Below are positions 1 through 13,499 of a stretch of 64,000 bases of DNA, piece by piece. Position 1 is the first letter of the stretch, and each line of letters starts with the position of its first letter. Both the position numbers and the translations under genes were made by a program. Under the pieces are notes generated by a model. It ran no database searches and was not told the origin of the DNA. It saw only the letters and a list, made by a program, of their open reading frames with translations. This DNA is from Mobula hypostoma (taxonomy: Eukaryota), in contig NC_086108.1 of assembly GCF_963921235.1 (NCBI RefSeq), forward strand, positions 90,770,001-90,834,000, read 5' to 3'.

Positions 1-499
1 AGAAATAACTGTTTCGTTTTATAACTTGACGATTACTCAGATTTGGTTTATTTGTTATATGCTCCAATAAACACCAAACAGAACCAACCCCTTGCTTGTT
101 AAATGTTGCTGTATACAGAGGCATGTTAAGGGGCTCTCTTTTTGTCTAATAATAACACGGTGGCTCCAAAATAAATGTTTCTTGATGAATGAAAAAACTA
201 AGTGGCAATGCAGTGAGTAGAAATGAGATCAGAGATTAATAAACATATTCTTTGTTACAGCATTGTAAAATTCAGATCCAACATTTCACAATGTGGAAAA
301 GTGATACGTATGAAAAAGATTGGTAGTACTTCAAGCAGAGATGCAGAAATTAAGTTGCTTGACTTAAGAAATGACCCATTGCCAAAGGACACAATAAACT
401 TGAACATAATGAAAGATTTCTCATTAATAAGAGTGGAAAAGCAAAGTGATATGCCTGTGAATACAGACCATTCAATAAAAGTGTCTACTCAAGTTACTC

Positions 500-700
500 A
501 GACCTTGAGTAGATTATTAGTCAAACCATACTTGGAACACTGTGCAATTTTATTATTCTGCTTTCAAAAGGACATTTATATGCTGGAGAGCATTCAAAGA
601 ACAATGAGGATAATTCCAGAGGTACTTTCAGAACTGAATGTTTTATTAGAGAAAAAATGATAAAGAGAGACAGATTTTTAAAATTCTGAAGGAGAACATT
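500..700 (+). mobile_element. Very old CR1 LINE RT C-terminal fragment
   Basis: LVKPYLEHC...KDIYMLESIQRTMRIIP resembles the CR1 motif LVRPHLEYC...KDI..LE.VQRRFTRMIP seen in other copies in this window. Confidence 0.6.
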
Positions 701-789
701 ACACAAATAAAAGTGTTATTTAATATATAATGAAATGAGAAAGTTATTCTTTTTATTCATATCTGACTGTAAGCTCAATATGTAATGCC

Positions 790-1450
790 TTCTTCACCAA
801 ACTGTGTTGCCACTCTCAGGGAGTTATGCATTTATACCCCTAATTCAGGACCCTGCCATTCAATGTTTAAGATTTACCCTGATTTAACTTCCTAAAGCAC
901 ACTTTCTGAGTTAAATTTTTCTGCTATTCCTTTATGAACCATCACAGATGTTGATCTGGATCCCATTGTAACCTCAGACCACGCTCTTCATCATCCACCA
1001 CATTACCAGTTTTGGTTTCAAAGTTCACAGTACATTATTATCAAAGCATGTATGCATTGTATACTTAGATCCGTCTCCTTACAGGCAGCTGTATAACAAA
1101 GAAGCCCCCAAAACAACTCATAAAAAAGTGTTAAACAGCCAAAGTACAGAGAGAAAAGTAAACAAATCGTGCAAACAATAAATGTAAGCAAATAGCATCC
1201 AGAACAAAATTGAGTCCATAGACACAAAGCCTGGAGCAGGCCACAGCCTCAGACTCAGTTCAGCACACAGCTGAGTAAATGTTGCAGTGCCCCCAGTGTC
1301 ATCTGCAAACATACTTGCACCAACACTTGCACCCAAATAATTAATGTACTGTAAGTGATGAACAACAATGGACCAACACTAATCCCTGTGGTATACCAGT
1401 CTGAGTAACTATCCTCCATTGCCACTCTACCTCCTACTACCAAGCACACT
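790..1450 (-). mobile_element. Degraded CR1 RT fragment interrupted (~1015-1330) by a short retroposon with a TTTGAAC-type tail
   Basis: The minus-strand translation ...GISVGPLLFITY resembles RT PQGSVLGPLLF. The insert starts tttcaaagttcacag, the reverse complement of a TTTGAAC tail. Confidence 0.5.
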
Positions 1451-1629
1451 ACCAGTGACGTATTTCCAAACCAAGAAGATGTGAAACTTAAGGGGGAATC
1501 TGCTGATACTGAAGTTCCCACGATCCTAATGTTCTTATCCTTCTTGATGTTGTGACTTGGAGAGGACTTGTCAGTGAGGATTTGTAATATAATTCTGATG
1601 TATTTTCTAGATACTTCATACTTACAACA

Positions 1630-1942
1630 TAATAATAGGCATCCGTTAGTCTTGTGAGACCATGGATTTGCGCCTTGGAAGGTTTCCAGGATGCAGGCCT
1701 GGGCAAGGTTGTATGGAAGACCGGCAGTTACCCATGCTGCAAGTCTCCCCTCTCCATGCCACCGATGTTGTTCAAGGGAAGGGCACTAGGGCCGATACAG
1801 CTTGGCACTGGTGTCATCGCAGAGCAATGCGTGGTTAAGTGCCGTGCTCAAGAACACAACACGTTGCCTCAGCTAAGGCTCGAACTAGCGACCTTCAGAT
1901 CACTAGACTGATGTCTTAACCACTTGGCCACGCGCCAACACA
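1630..1942 (-). mobile_element. tRNA-derived SINE, probably with an RTE-related 3' part
   Basis: Minus-strand head GTGTTGGCGCGTGGCCAAGTGGTTAAG (box A)...GTTCGAGCC (box B) and a (TAT)n tail. The body is shared with 37482-38072; a further fragment lies at ~36110-36245. Confidence 0.75.
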
Positions 1943-1949
1943 CTTGTAC

Positions 1950-2820
1950 TATAGAACATAGAAATCTACAGCACTTTACAGGCCCTTCGGCCCATAATGT
2001 TGTGCTGATCATGTAACCTATTCTAGAAGCTGCCTAGAATTTCCCTACGCTTCACCCTCTATATTTCTAAGCTCCATGTACCTAATCTAAGAGTCTCTTA
2101 AAAGCACTGGCAGCCCATTCCATGCACTCACCACTCTCTGTGTAAAAAAACTTACCCCTGACATCTCCTTTGTACCTACTGCCAAGCACCTTAAAACTGT
2201 GCCCTCTTGTGTTAGCCATTTCAGCCCTGGGAAAAAACCTCTGACTACCCACACGATCAATGCCTTTCATCATCTTATATGCCTCTATCAGGTCACCCCT
2301 CATCCTCCATCGCTTCAAGGAGAAAAGGCCAAGTTCATTCTACCTATTGCCATAAGATATGCCCCCCAATCCAGGCAACATCCTTGTAAATCTCCTCTGC
2401 ACCCTTACTATGGTTTCCGCATCCTTCCTGTGGTAAGGCAGCCAGAACGGAACACAGTACTCCAAGTGGGGTCTGACCAGGGTCCTATATAGCTGTAACA
2501 TTACCTCGGCTCTTGAACTCAATCTTACAGTTGATGAAGGCCAATACACCATATGTCTTCTTAACAACAGTGTCAACCTGTGTAGCAGCTTTCGGTGTCC
2601 TGTGGACATGGATCCCAAGATCTCTCTGATCCTTCACACTGCCAAGAGTCTTACCATTAATACTATGTTCTGCTTTCAAATTTGACCTACCAAAATGAAC
2701 CACCTCACACTTATCTGAGTTGAACTCCATCTGCCACTTCTCAGCCCAGTTCTGCATCCTATTGATATCCCGCTGTAACCTCTGACAACCCTCCAGACTA
2801 TCCACAGCATCCCCAACCTT
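1950..2820 (-). mobile_element. 5'-truncated CR1 LINE
   Basis: ORF fragments WAEKWQMEFNSDKCEVVHFG, LVRPHLEYC and RGDLIEAYK; short TTCTATG-type 3' tail near 1950. Confidence 0.92.
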
Positions 2821-3174
2821 AATACACAGTGCTAGAAAAAATGACTTTTAAAGTGGTAAATGTTAATTATCTAGGATACCTTTTTCAGAGTAATATATAA
2901 AATCTAAAGGGAAGGGGTTTTAATATGTACCTTTGATGAGTTACAAGCTATATACTTGACCTTTATCAGTAAAATATCCTTGTTCTACTTATGTGGCAAA
3001 TAAGTGTTTACATATTTTTATGAATGTTCCAACTTCTGTTGATAGGCTGTAGAAGGTTATACATTTTTTATGCATAGGGACATTCCAGTACAGCTTATTT
3101 TGTTTTGATTCAATCTTTTTTTCCCATCAATTCCTTAACTGTGTTATCCTTCTAGGCCAAAGTAGGTATATAAT

Positions 3175-4035
3175 ACAACCATAAAACCATAGGAGCAGAA
3201 GTAGGCCATTCGGGCCATTGAGTCTGCTCCACCATTCAGTCATGGGTTGGTCCAATTCTTCCAGTCATCCCCACTCCCCTGCCTTCACCCCATACCCTTT
3301 GAGGCCCCCAGCTAATAAAGAACCTATCTATTTCTGCTTTAAATGCACCCAATGACTTGGCCTCCACAGCTGCTTGTGGCAAGAAATTCCACAGATTTAC
3401 CACCCTCTGACTAAAGTAATTTGTCCACATCTCAGTTCTAAAAGGATGTCCTTCAATCCTGAAGTCGTGCCCTCTTGTCCTAGAATCCCCTACCATGGGA
3501 AGTAACTTTGCTATATCTAATCTGTTCAGGCCTTCTAACATTCAGAATGTTTCTATGAGATCCCCCCTCATTCTTCTGAACTCCAGGAAATACAGCCCAA
3601 GAGCTGCCAGACGTTCCTCATGCGGTAACTCTTTCATTCCTGGAATCATTCTCATGAATCTTCTCTGAACCCTCTCCAATGTCAGTATATCCTTTCTAAA
3701 ATAAGGAACCCAAAACTGCACACAATACTCTTAAGTGTGATCTCATGAGTGCCTTAGAGAGCCTCAACAGCACATCCCTGCTCTTATATTCTATACTCTA
3801 GAAACGAATGCTAACATTGCATTCACCTTCTTCACAACCAACTCAACCTGGAGTTTAACCTTTAGGGTATCTTGCACAAGGACTCCCAAATCCTTTTGTA
3901 TCTCTGCATTTTGAGTTCTCTCCCCATCTAAATAATATTGTTCCCGTTTATTTCTTCCACCAAAGTACATGATCATACACATTCCAACATTGTATTTCAT
4001 TTGCCACTTCTTTGCCGATTCCCCTAAACTATCTC
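3175..4035 (-). mobile_element. 5'-truncated CR1 LINE
   Basis: KKWQMKYNV..., QKDLGVLVQDTLKV, SRTRGH and FSQRVVNLWN motifs. Confidence 0.9.
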
Positions 4036-4581
4036 TAGAAGTGTCCTCATTATAAGGAATTGCAAAGGGATATTTTTTATTGTGTTCTTTATGCTTTTTG
4101 TGTTTTTTATGCTGCATTAGATCCGGAGTGACAATCATTTCATTCTTTACACTCATGCACTGAAGAATGACAAAAGAACAATCTTGAATCTTGAATCTTG
4201 AGTAAATTGTTCCAATCTGATTTTAGACTGAAATGTGGAGCTGAGTTTGCAGTCAGATCAGCCTGAGCTTGTTGGAAGCTGAAACATGGTCAAGGGGTGG
4301 AATGGTCCTCTCCGGCATCTAATACGATTATTCATACCCATGTTCATATGTTTGTACAGCATCTACTAGATTTTCCATTCACTTAGAAAGAATTCCTATT
4401 TTATATTATGATCAAGACTTCAAGAAGTATAGAGCGTTGAGGCAAGAAACAGGCCTTATATTTTGGTGACCCATTCTGCAAGGAGTTGATGCCAGTTGCT
4501 CAGAAGTAGTGCAGGAACTGTGTTACTTTTTTTTGATTCCCATTCTCATATCCAACTTTCTCTTTCCATTTCTAAAACACT

Positions 4582-5485
4582 GCAGATTTGCAGATGACAT
4601 ACAGCTGGGTGGCAGTGTGAAATATGCGGAGGATGTTGAGATAATGCAGGATGACTTGGACAGGTTGGGTGAGTGGGCAGATGCATGGCAGATGCAGTTT
4701 AATGTGGATAAATGTGATGTTATCCACTTTGGTGGCAAGAACAGGAAGGCAGATTATTATCTGAATCGTGTCAAGTTAGGAAAAGGCGAAGTACAATGAG
4801 ATCCAGGTGTCCTTGTTCATCAGTCACCTAAAGTAAGCTTGCAGGTACAGCAGGCAGTGAAGAAAGCTAATGGCATGTTGGCCTTCATAACAAGAGGAGT
4901 TGAGTATAGGACCAAAGAGGTCCTTCTGCAGTTGTGCAGGGCCCTGGTGAGACCACACCTGGAGTATTGTGTACAGTTTTGGTCTCCAAATTTGAGGAAG
5001 GACATTCTTGCTATTGAGGGAGTGCAGCGGAGGTTCACGAGATTAATTCCCGGGATGGCGGGACTGTCATATGTTGAAAGATTGGAGCGACTGGGCTTGT
5101 GTACACTGGAATTTAGAAGGATGAGAGAGGATCTGATTGAAACATATAAGATTATTAAGGGATTGGACACGCTGGAGGCAGGAAACATGTTCCCAATGTT
5201 GGGGGAGTCCAGAACCAGAGGCCACAATTTGAGAATAAGGGGGACGCCATTTAGAACGGAGTTGAGGGAAAACTTTTTTCACCCAGAGAGTTGTGGATCT
5301 GTGGAATGCTCTGCCTCAGAAGGCAGTGGAGGCCAGTTCGGATGCTTTCAAGAAAGAGTTAGATGGAGCTCTTAATGATAGCGGAGTCAAGGAATATGGG
5401 GAGAAGGCAGGAACGGGGTACTGATTGTGGATGATCACCCATGATCACAGTGAATGGCGGTGCTGGCTCGAAGGGCCGAATGGCG
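4582..5485 (+). mobile_element. 5'-truncated CR1 LINE, relatively well preserved
   Basis: RFADD...WADAWQMQFNVDKC, LVRPHLEYCVQFWSP and TRGH, followed by a 3' UTR. Confidence 0.93.
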
Positions 5486-5609
5486 GAATGACACCTATTG
5501 TCTATTACCAATATAATCCTTCTTACAGTTCATTGTCATATCATTTGGGAGAAAGGAACCAAAGAGACTGAAGAATTGCAGTACACAGAGGGAAAAGGCC
5601 AGCAAAATC

Positions 5610-6090
5610 ATGAACTGTTATGGACTGATACAGCATATGGACTGTTTGTCCCACTCCCATCTAGGAAGAGGCTACATAACATCCATGTCAGAACCATTAG
5701 ACTCAAAACATTTACTTCCCTCAATCTGTCAGGCTGATCAACAACTCTACCCATTAACCTACCTCACCATCCCAGGTTTCTTAAGCTTGCTGCTACCTAG
5801 AAGAGTTCCTCTTGCTAAGAGTCCCTTTGTCACCTAATCATTTCCTGTCAGGGTCACCTAATGTTCAGATGTGCCTACACCTAGTATCACTCTATACACA
5901 TACAACCAGTCTATGTATATAAGCTGATCTTGTGTTTATATGGCCACACTTAATAGTTAATTGTACATTGAGTTTTATAGCATTGCGTGTATATTTATTG
6001 TGTTCTTACGTTGTTATGTTTTTTATGCTGCATCAGTGTTTCAATCATTTCAAGAATGACAATAAACCATCTTGAATTTGAAAATTCAAG
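5610..6090 (+). mobile_element. Rex1/Babar- or L2-type LINE 3' fragment
   Basis: LFVPLPSRKRLHNIHVRTIRLK resembles the C-terminal LLPSGRR.RS...RT.R..NSF motif. Ends with AATAAA and a CTTGAA-type tail. Confidence 0.65.
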
Positions 6091-6629
6091 AAGAACTATC
6101 TCCTGTAAATTATAATGCTGCCTGCTCATTTCTGTGATTGTAGCATGTGGTGAACACCAACTATGCTGTTGTTGGCTAGACAAATTAGCAGGGGGACTCA
6201 AATGTGAGTGGCCAGTTAAAGGTGCTTTGAATTTCTTAAAAAAAAACGGGCAGTGTGGAAGGCATTTTTAAAAAATTGCTACAGGTCCTGTGGTGAGAAT
6301 TCTAATAAAAATGGCTTGAGATGCAGTAGATAATGGGACAGAGTGGGCTGCAAATTTCTTGTCTTTGCACTACTGGCCTTGGTGACAGAGGTATTAAGGG
6401 AGGGCAAATCATGATTCCTCATCGGGCCAGATGTTCCTCAGAAGCACACTCAGACACACCAGGAGCAAAAAGCCAGTGCATTCTATGCTGAAAGTCAAGC
6501 CCTAAGGTGCAAAACCATGCGGAGTTAAATGACCTTTCACAAATGGTCATGGTCAGTGAATGCATATTCAAATATCATATCATACTTCAGACACTGTTTA
6601 ATGTTGCACTCTCCTGGAAAACTCAGCCT

Positions 6630-7100
6630 ATTGATCTTCTGTTGCTGTAGCCCGTCCAAGTCAAGGTTCGACATGTGGTGCATCCAGAGATGCTCCTCTG
6701 CACATTACTTTTCTAATGAGTTTATTTGCGTTACTGTTACCTTCCTGTCAGCTTGAACCAATGTAGCTACTTTCTTCTAACTCCTCTCACTAAGAAAACA
6801 TTTTAGCCTACAGAACCGTTGCTCACTAATTTTTTTGTTTGTTGCACCATTCTCTGTAAATTCTAGAGACTTTTGTGTATGAAAATCCCAGGAGACCAGC
6901 AGTTTCTGAGATACTCAAACCACCCCATCTGGCACCAAGAATTATTCTACGGTCAAAGTCACTTTGATCACATTTCTTCCCCATTTTGATGTTTGGTCTG
7001 AACAACAACTGAACCTCTTGACCATGTCTGCATACTTTTATGCATTGAGTTGCTGCCACGTTTAACAAGCAGATATACAGGTGTACTGAATGAAGTGGCC
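6630..7100 (-). mobile_element. Tc1/mariner-derived non-autonomous DNA transposon (truncated copy)
   Basis: MGKKCDQSDFDRRIILGARWGGLSISETAGLLGFSYTKVSRIYREW is a Tc1 transposase N-terminal HTH. Homologous to 16178-16733 and 49819-50095. Confidence 0.85.
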
Positions 7101-7239
7101 ATGTAGCATCCACTTTTCACAGGTTGTACAGCCATGATGGCCATAATCTTCCTAACGTGGCATTCACTGACAAACTTCCTTCTCTCTTGGAAGTTTGTGA
7201 AGATTTGACATGTCATGTTAAACTATGTTGAACTTCTGT

Positions 7240-7850
7240 GATTGCATGGTGGAAAGTATACTGACTGGTTGCATCACAGCCTCATATAGAAGCACCAATG
7301 CCCTTGAATGAAAAGCTGGGAAAAATTAGTGGATACAGCCCATTCCATCATGAGTACTCCCCCTCTCACCATTGAGCAGATCTACAAGGTGCCCTGTCAC
7401 AGGAAAGAAGCATCAATCATCAAGGACCCCCACCATCCAGGCAATGCTCTCTTCTTGCTGCTACCATCAGAAAGGAGGTACAGGAGCCTCAGGACCCACA
7501 CGACCAGGTTCAGAAACAGTTATTACCTTTCGCCCAACAGACTCTTGAACTAGAGAGAATTACATCATTCAACTTCACTCATCCCAACACAGATCTCACC
7601 AACTATGGACTTGCTCCCAATATTTATTGCTTACTTATTTATTATTAATCTTTTTTTTTCTTTTTTGTATTTGCACAGTTTGTTGTCTTTCGCACATTAG
7701 TCACTTGTTCATCTTTGCTGTATGCATACTTTCATTGATTCGATTTTGTTTCTTTGTATTTGCTGTGAATGCACGCAAGGAAATGAATTTCAGGTGATAG
7801 ATGGTGACATATGTGCATCAATAATGAATTTATGTTGAACTTTGAACTCT
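7240..7850 (+). mobile_element. Rex1/Babar- or L2-type LINE 3' fragment
   Basis: ASIIKDPHHPGNALFLLLPSERRYRSLRTHTTRFRNSY; tail ttgaactttgaact. Confidence 0.8.
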
Positions 7851-10317
7851 TGCAAGACTAATTAGCACGCAAACAAGGGTAGCAACAGATAACTAGAGGG
7901 GTGAATGTGAATGCATATCCTAACTCCCTGGAGGAGAGAATGCTGTTCATCACTGAGATGGTCAGAAGTAGGACAAAACCATTGAAGATAACTATATATG
8001 TACATTCCATAATTATTTGCACATCTCATTTCCCCATCAATCTATGTTTTTATTGACATGTGGAACTGAGCAATAAGAAAGGTATAACCACGTTAACGGG
8101 GCTATATTACAGACCACCCAACAATCTGAGGGATTTAAAAGAAAAAATTTGTACAAAGATCACAGACTGTTGCAAGAAACTTAATTTGTTATAGTAGGTG
8201 ATTTTAACTTTCCACATATTGAATCACACTCCCAAACTTTAAAAGGACTAGATGAGATAGAGTTTGTCAAATGTGTTCAGGAAAGTTTTCTTAATCAGTA
8301 CATAGAAGTCCCAACGAGAGAGTATGCGATACCTGACCTGCTATTAGGGAATGAGACAGGGCAGGTGACACTTTTGTGTAGGTGAACACTTTGCACCTAG
8401 AGGTCATAAGACCATTAGTTTCAAAGTAAGTATGTAAAAAGATAGGTCTGGACCATGGGATGAAATTCTAAATTGGAGGAAGGCCAAATTTGGTGGTATC
8501 GGAGAGGATCTGGTAAGTGTGGATTGGAACAGGTTATTTTCTGGGAAAGGTGTATTTGGTAAGTGAGAGGCCTTCCAAAGTGAAATTTTGAGAGTACGGA
8601 TCTTGTATGTGCCTGTCAGAATAAAAGGTAAAGATAACAGATGTAAGAAACTTTGATCTTCAAGAGATATTGAGGCCCTGGTTAAGAAACAAAAGGATGT
8701 CTGTTGCAGGTATAGGCAGATAGAAACAAATGAGGTGCTTATGGAGTAAAAGAAATGCAAGAGAACATCTAAGAAAGCATGAGGTTGCCTTAGCAAACAA
8801 GATAATTCTAAAGGATTGTACAGATATGTTAAGAACAAGGCGATAGCAAGGGACAAAATTGGTCTTCTCGATGATCGGCATGGTAATCCGTGCATGGAGC
8901 CAAAAGAGATTTGGGGGATCTTAAATGCATCTTTTGCATCTGTATTTAGTCATGAGATGAACACAGACTCTATAGAAGTGAGGCAAAATGGCATTGACTT
9001 CATGGACCCTGTACAGATTACAGAGGAGGAGATATTTGTTCCCTTGAGGCAAATTAGGGTGAATAAATCCCCAGGGCCTGACAAGGTGTTCCTTCAGATA
9101 CTATGGAAGGTAAGTGCGGAAATTGCTGGGTCCCTAGCAGTGATGTTTAAATCATTCTTAGTCACAGGTGAGGTGCCGGATGTTTGGAGGATAGCCAGTG
9201 TTACTCCACTCTTTAAGAAAGGCTCTAAAACTAAAACAGGAAATTATAGGCCGGTGACCTTGACATCAGTGGTGGGTAAGTTATTGGAAGGCATTCTGAG
9301 GGACTGGATATCTGAATATTTGGATAGACATGGACTGATTAAGGATGGTCAGCATGGTTTCATGTGTAGTAGATCATGTATAACCAGTCTTATAGTGTTT
9401 TTTGTGGGAAATGGCAGGAACATTGATGAAGGCAAGGCAGTGAATGTTGTCAACATGGACTCCAGTCAGGCCTTTGACAAGGTCCTGCATGGGAAGTTGG
9501 TCACGAAGGGTCATTTGCTTGGCATTCAAGATGAGGTAGTAAATTGGATTCGACATTTCCTTTGTGGAAGAAGCCAGAGAGTTGTAGTAGATGATTGCTT
9601 CTCTGACTGGACACCTGTGACTAGTGCAGTACCACAAGGGTCAATGCTGGGTTCATGGTTGCTTGTCATCTAGATCAGTGACCTGGATGATAAGGTGGTT
9701 AACTGGGCTAGCAAATCTGTGATGACTCCAAGACTGGGGGTAGTAGTGGACAGCAAGAAAGACTATCGGAGCTTGCAGAGGGATCTGTATCAGCAGGGAA
9801 AATGGGCTGAAAAATGGCAGATGGAATTTAATGCTCACAACTGTGTGGTGCTGCAGAAGAAATGGATCTGGGAGTACACATCCTTAATTGATTGAAAATT
9901 GTGTCTCAGGTTGATAGGGTCATAAAGAAAGCTTTTGGCACACTGTCCTCCATAAATCAAAGCATTAAGTACAGGAGGTGGGATGTTATATGAGGCCTAA
10001 TTTGGATTGTGTGTAATTTTGGTCACCTACCTGCAGAAAAATGTAAATAAGGTTAAAAGACTACAGAGAAAATTTACAAGGATGTTGCCAGTTCTGGAGG
10101 ACCTGAACTGTATGGAAAGATTGAAAAGGTTAGGACTTCATTCCCGGGAGTGCAGAAGATTGAGAGGAGATTTGAAAAAGGTATACAAAATTTTGAAATG
10201 TACAAATGTTTGTATAAATAGGGTAAATGCATGCCAGCTTTTTTCACTGATGTTGGGTGAGAGTACAACTAAAGGTCATGGGTTAAGAGAGTAAGGTGAG
10301 AAGTTTAAGGGAAACAT

Positions 10318-11955
10318 GAGGAGAAAAGTGGATGAAGGGAAGGCAGTGGATGTTGTCTACATGGACTTCAGTAAGGCCTTTGACAAGGTTCCGCATGGGA
10401 GATTAGTTAGGAAGATTCATTCGCTAGGTATACATGGAGAGGTAGTAAATTGGATTAGAAATTGGCTCAGTGGAAGAAGCCAGAGAGTGGTAGTGGAGGA
10501 TTGCTTCTCTGAGTGGAAACCTGTGACTAGTGATGTGCCACAGGGATCAGTGCTGGGTCTATTGTTATTTGTCATCTATATCAACGATCTGGATGATAAT
10601 GTGGAAAGTTGGATCAGCAAATTTGCTGATGATACAAAGATTGGAGGTGTAGTGGACAGTGAGGAACGTTTTCAAAGCTTGCAGAGGGATTTGGACCAGC
10701 TGGAAAAATGGGCTGAAAAATGGCAGATGGAATTTAATACAGACGTAAGGGGTTTCTTTGTTTTTGTCACTGCGTAGTCTAATTAAAATGGCTTCTTTGT
10801 TATGTTATAATTGAAAGGGCTTCTTTGTTATGTTAACTGCTGAGAAAGTCCTCCCGCTAGCAGTTTGTTTGGATCATGTTACTGATAAGAAGGTGTTACA
10901 AACCAACTGGGATAGTTGTTATGCTTTCTGCGTGTCTGTAAGATATTGTGATGCGCTGGTTTTTGGAGAGAAGGCGGGAGAGAGAGACAGAGGATGGACC
11001 AGGTGCTGTGATTCCGCTAATGGGGTCGGACCCCGAGCAGGAGTCCGAGGTCCAGGGTATTCAACGAGGAGAGGAGACGGAGACGGACTCATGTGGAGCG
11101 TCTGGTCGACCACTGTTGTTGGTCCCACGCGGCAGGTCGAGGTGGTCCGTGGGGATCGCAGAGTGAAGAAGGAGGGTCCTGAGCTCCAACTGTTTGTGTA
11201 CGAAGAGATTGAACTTTGATAAGTGTGGCACCTTTTATTTTCCTTTTATATTTTATTCTCTATTAGTTATATAGTTCCAGTAATATCTATAAACTGTAAA
11301 TCACTTAATCGTATTTGGTGTATTGGTTATTTGGGTGGGTTGGGGTACATCACACAGCATCCACACAAACTAATTACCCAGTTTGGCGGCGCCGAGAGGC
11401 TGAGTTTGCAGTATTGTGTGCAGTTTTGGTCACCAAATTACAGGAAGGATATTAGTAAGGTTGAAAGAGTGCAGAAGAAGGTTTACAAGGATGTTGCCGG
11501 GACTTGAGAAATTCAGTTACAGAGAAAGGTTGAATAGGCTAGGACTTTATTCCCTGGAGTGTAGAAGAATGAGGGGAGATTTGATAGAGGTATATAAAAT
11601 TATGATGGGTATAGATAGAGTGAATGCAAGCAGGCTTTTTTCCACTGAGGCAAGGGGAGAAAAAAAACCCAGAGGACATGGGTTAATGGTGAAGGGTGAG
11701 AAGTTTAAAGGAAACATTAGGGGGGCTTCTTCACACAGAGTGGTGGGAGGATGGAATGAGCTGCCAGAGGAAGTGGTAAATGCGGGCTCACTTTTACCAT
11801 TAAGAAAAACTTGGACAGGCACATGGCTGGGAGGTGTATGGAGGGATATGGTCCGGGTGCAGGTCAGTGGGAGTAGGCAGAAAAATGGTTTGGCACAGCC
11901 AAGAAGGGCCAAAAGGCCTGTTTCTGTGCTGTAATGTTCTGTGGTTCTATGTTCT
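10318..11955 (+). mobile_element. Younger 5'-truncated CR1 LINE nested in the older CR1
   Basis: The sequence restarts at RKVDEGKAVDVVYMDFSKAFDKV...KFADDTK after the host had already passed that region. It has its own 3' tail, ttctgtggttctatgttcta. Confidence 0.9.
10744..11404 (+). mobile_element. LTR-like insertion (3' end lost) within the nested CR1
   Basis: CpG-rich non-CR1 block starting cgtaagggg (a variant of the TGTAA start). Shares ACAGCATCCACACAAAC with the reverse complement of the 20544-21180 LTR. Confidence 0.65.
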
Positions 11956-13499
11956 AAATTTATGCACTTAGAAAGTTGTGAGAGTGTGAAACAAGCTGCC
12001 TGGGCAAGTGGTGCATGTGAGTTTTATTTCAATGTTTAAGAGAAGTTTGGATAGATACATGGATAATAGGGATATAGAGGACTATGATCCCTGTGCAAGT
12101 CAATGAGAGTAGGCAGTTTAAATGGCTCAGCATGAACTAGTGGGCCAAAGGGCCTGTTTCTGTACTATACTTCTCTATAACTCTATGACTCTACGCTGCA
12201 GGTGTAAGCATATCCCTCTTAATTTGCCCCTCTGCTCATTGTAATATTCTGTGTTTCAGCAGTTTGGCTAGGCAGTGAAGAAAATAAAGGAAAACTCTTA
12301 TGATGCCAGTGCAGGAGCACTTGCTTTTGCAGTCACAACCAGCAATCCATAATCATGACACTCTGTGCAGTCTAAGTGAGAAATTAGGTATTTGTGGGTT
12401 ACACTGGCCCACTCCTTCTCACCACCTTCACTGACTATCTCTCTAACTCTAATACAAGGGAGAAGACCTCCTTTGTTTGTCCATTTCTTTCCATAAATGC
12501 TACCTGACCTTCTGACTCTTCCAGCAACTTGGTTTCTGCTCCAGATTCCAGCACCTGCAGTCTCTTCTCTCTCTATGTGTGGGCCACAGCCAGAGTTGAG
12601 CAGAAGGTGTGCATGAACATTCTGGAGAAATTCAACAGGTCAGTGAGCATCTGTGGAGGGAAATGGACAGTCAACAGCTCAGGTCAAGATCCTTTATCTG
12701 AACTGAAAGTGTAGAGGGCAGATAGCCAGTAGAAAGACAGAGTTAACCTTTCAAGTCAAAGACCCTTCCTCAGAACTGTGCAAGTGAGAAAGCAAGTTTA
12801 GTTTTGCAGTTGCAAAGAGGATGGGTAGAAGGATGGACAGTACAAAGGGATAATCTGATAGGATGAGGCTAACGTTGATTTGGGGATAAACTGTACACAA
12901 CAGCAAGCAGTTAGTACCTGAATGGCAATAGTTAGAAGGAGATAAAATTTGCAAACAAAGGAGTGTCTGAAAGCAGGTGAAATTCAAAGCTGCTGCAAAA
13001 GGCCACCAAGTTAGGTTGTGCTAGTCGATCAATATGACAGATGGATGAATGACAGCCAAACTAGCCAGCTCTGAAACAAGCAGTGAAGGCAAGTATTCTA
13101 AAATTATTATATTTGATATTGAGTTCAGAGACCTGCAATTTTCCCATACAGAAGATGAAGATGACTAATGGGGAACTGGCACAAAAGAGTACTTGAGGCC
13201 AGAACAGTGAGCCATGATTATATTGAAAGGTGGCCTACAGCTGTCCCTATATTTTTTTAATATTCTTGTGAGAAGTTGTAAGTTGGAGAAAACGACCAAA
13301 ATCTTAATCCACTCTTTAAGAAGTGCCACAGTTTCCAGGATAGTCCAAGCAGAAGAAGCATTGTTCCACCATAATTTGTCAGATTATGGTAATATGGATC
13401 CAAGAGAGAAAGCTAGATCACTTGGCTTTCTTCAAGTGCAATTAACTCATCAGGTGACTTTTCTTGTATCCCAAGAGAACAGGTTTGGTTTCCCTAGAC

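Larger units (their letters stand above)
8055..12195 (+). mobile_element. Old long CR1 LINE (APE endonuclease + RT pseudogene), interrupted at ~10318-11955
   Basis: Endonuclease motifs (YYRPP, IVGDFNFP), NKSPGPD, NYRPVTLTSVVGK and PQGS. The 3' UTR resumes after 11955 and ends in CTCTATGA repeats. Confidence 0.92.

Noticed and set aside
223..660. 145-aa ORF as a host gene or DPYD exon
   Set aside because: It has no resemblance to DPYD. Its C-terminal part is a decayed CR1 motif and the rest looks like a chance AT-rich ORF.
1860..1942. Genuine tRNA gene
   Set aside because: Box A and box B are present, but it is fused to a repeat body and tail. It is a SINE head.
8816..9673. 285-aa ORF as a functional or domesticated reverse transcriptase
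   Set aside because: It is flanked by stops and frameshifts, and its motifs are degraded (MDSSQAFD; no intact YADD/FADD). It is part of a dead CR1.
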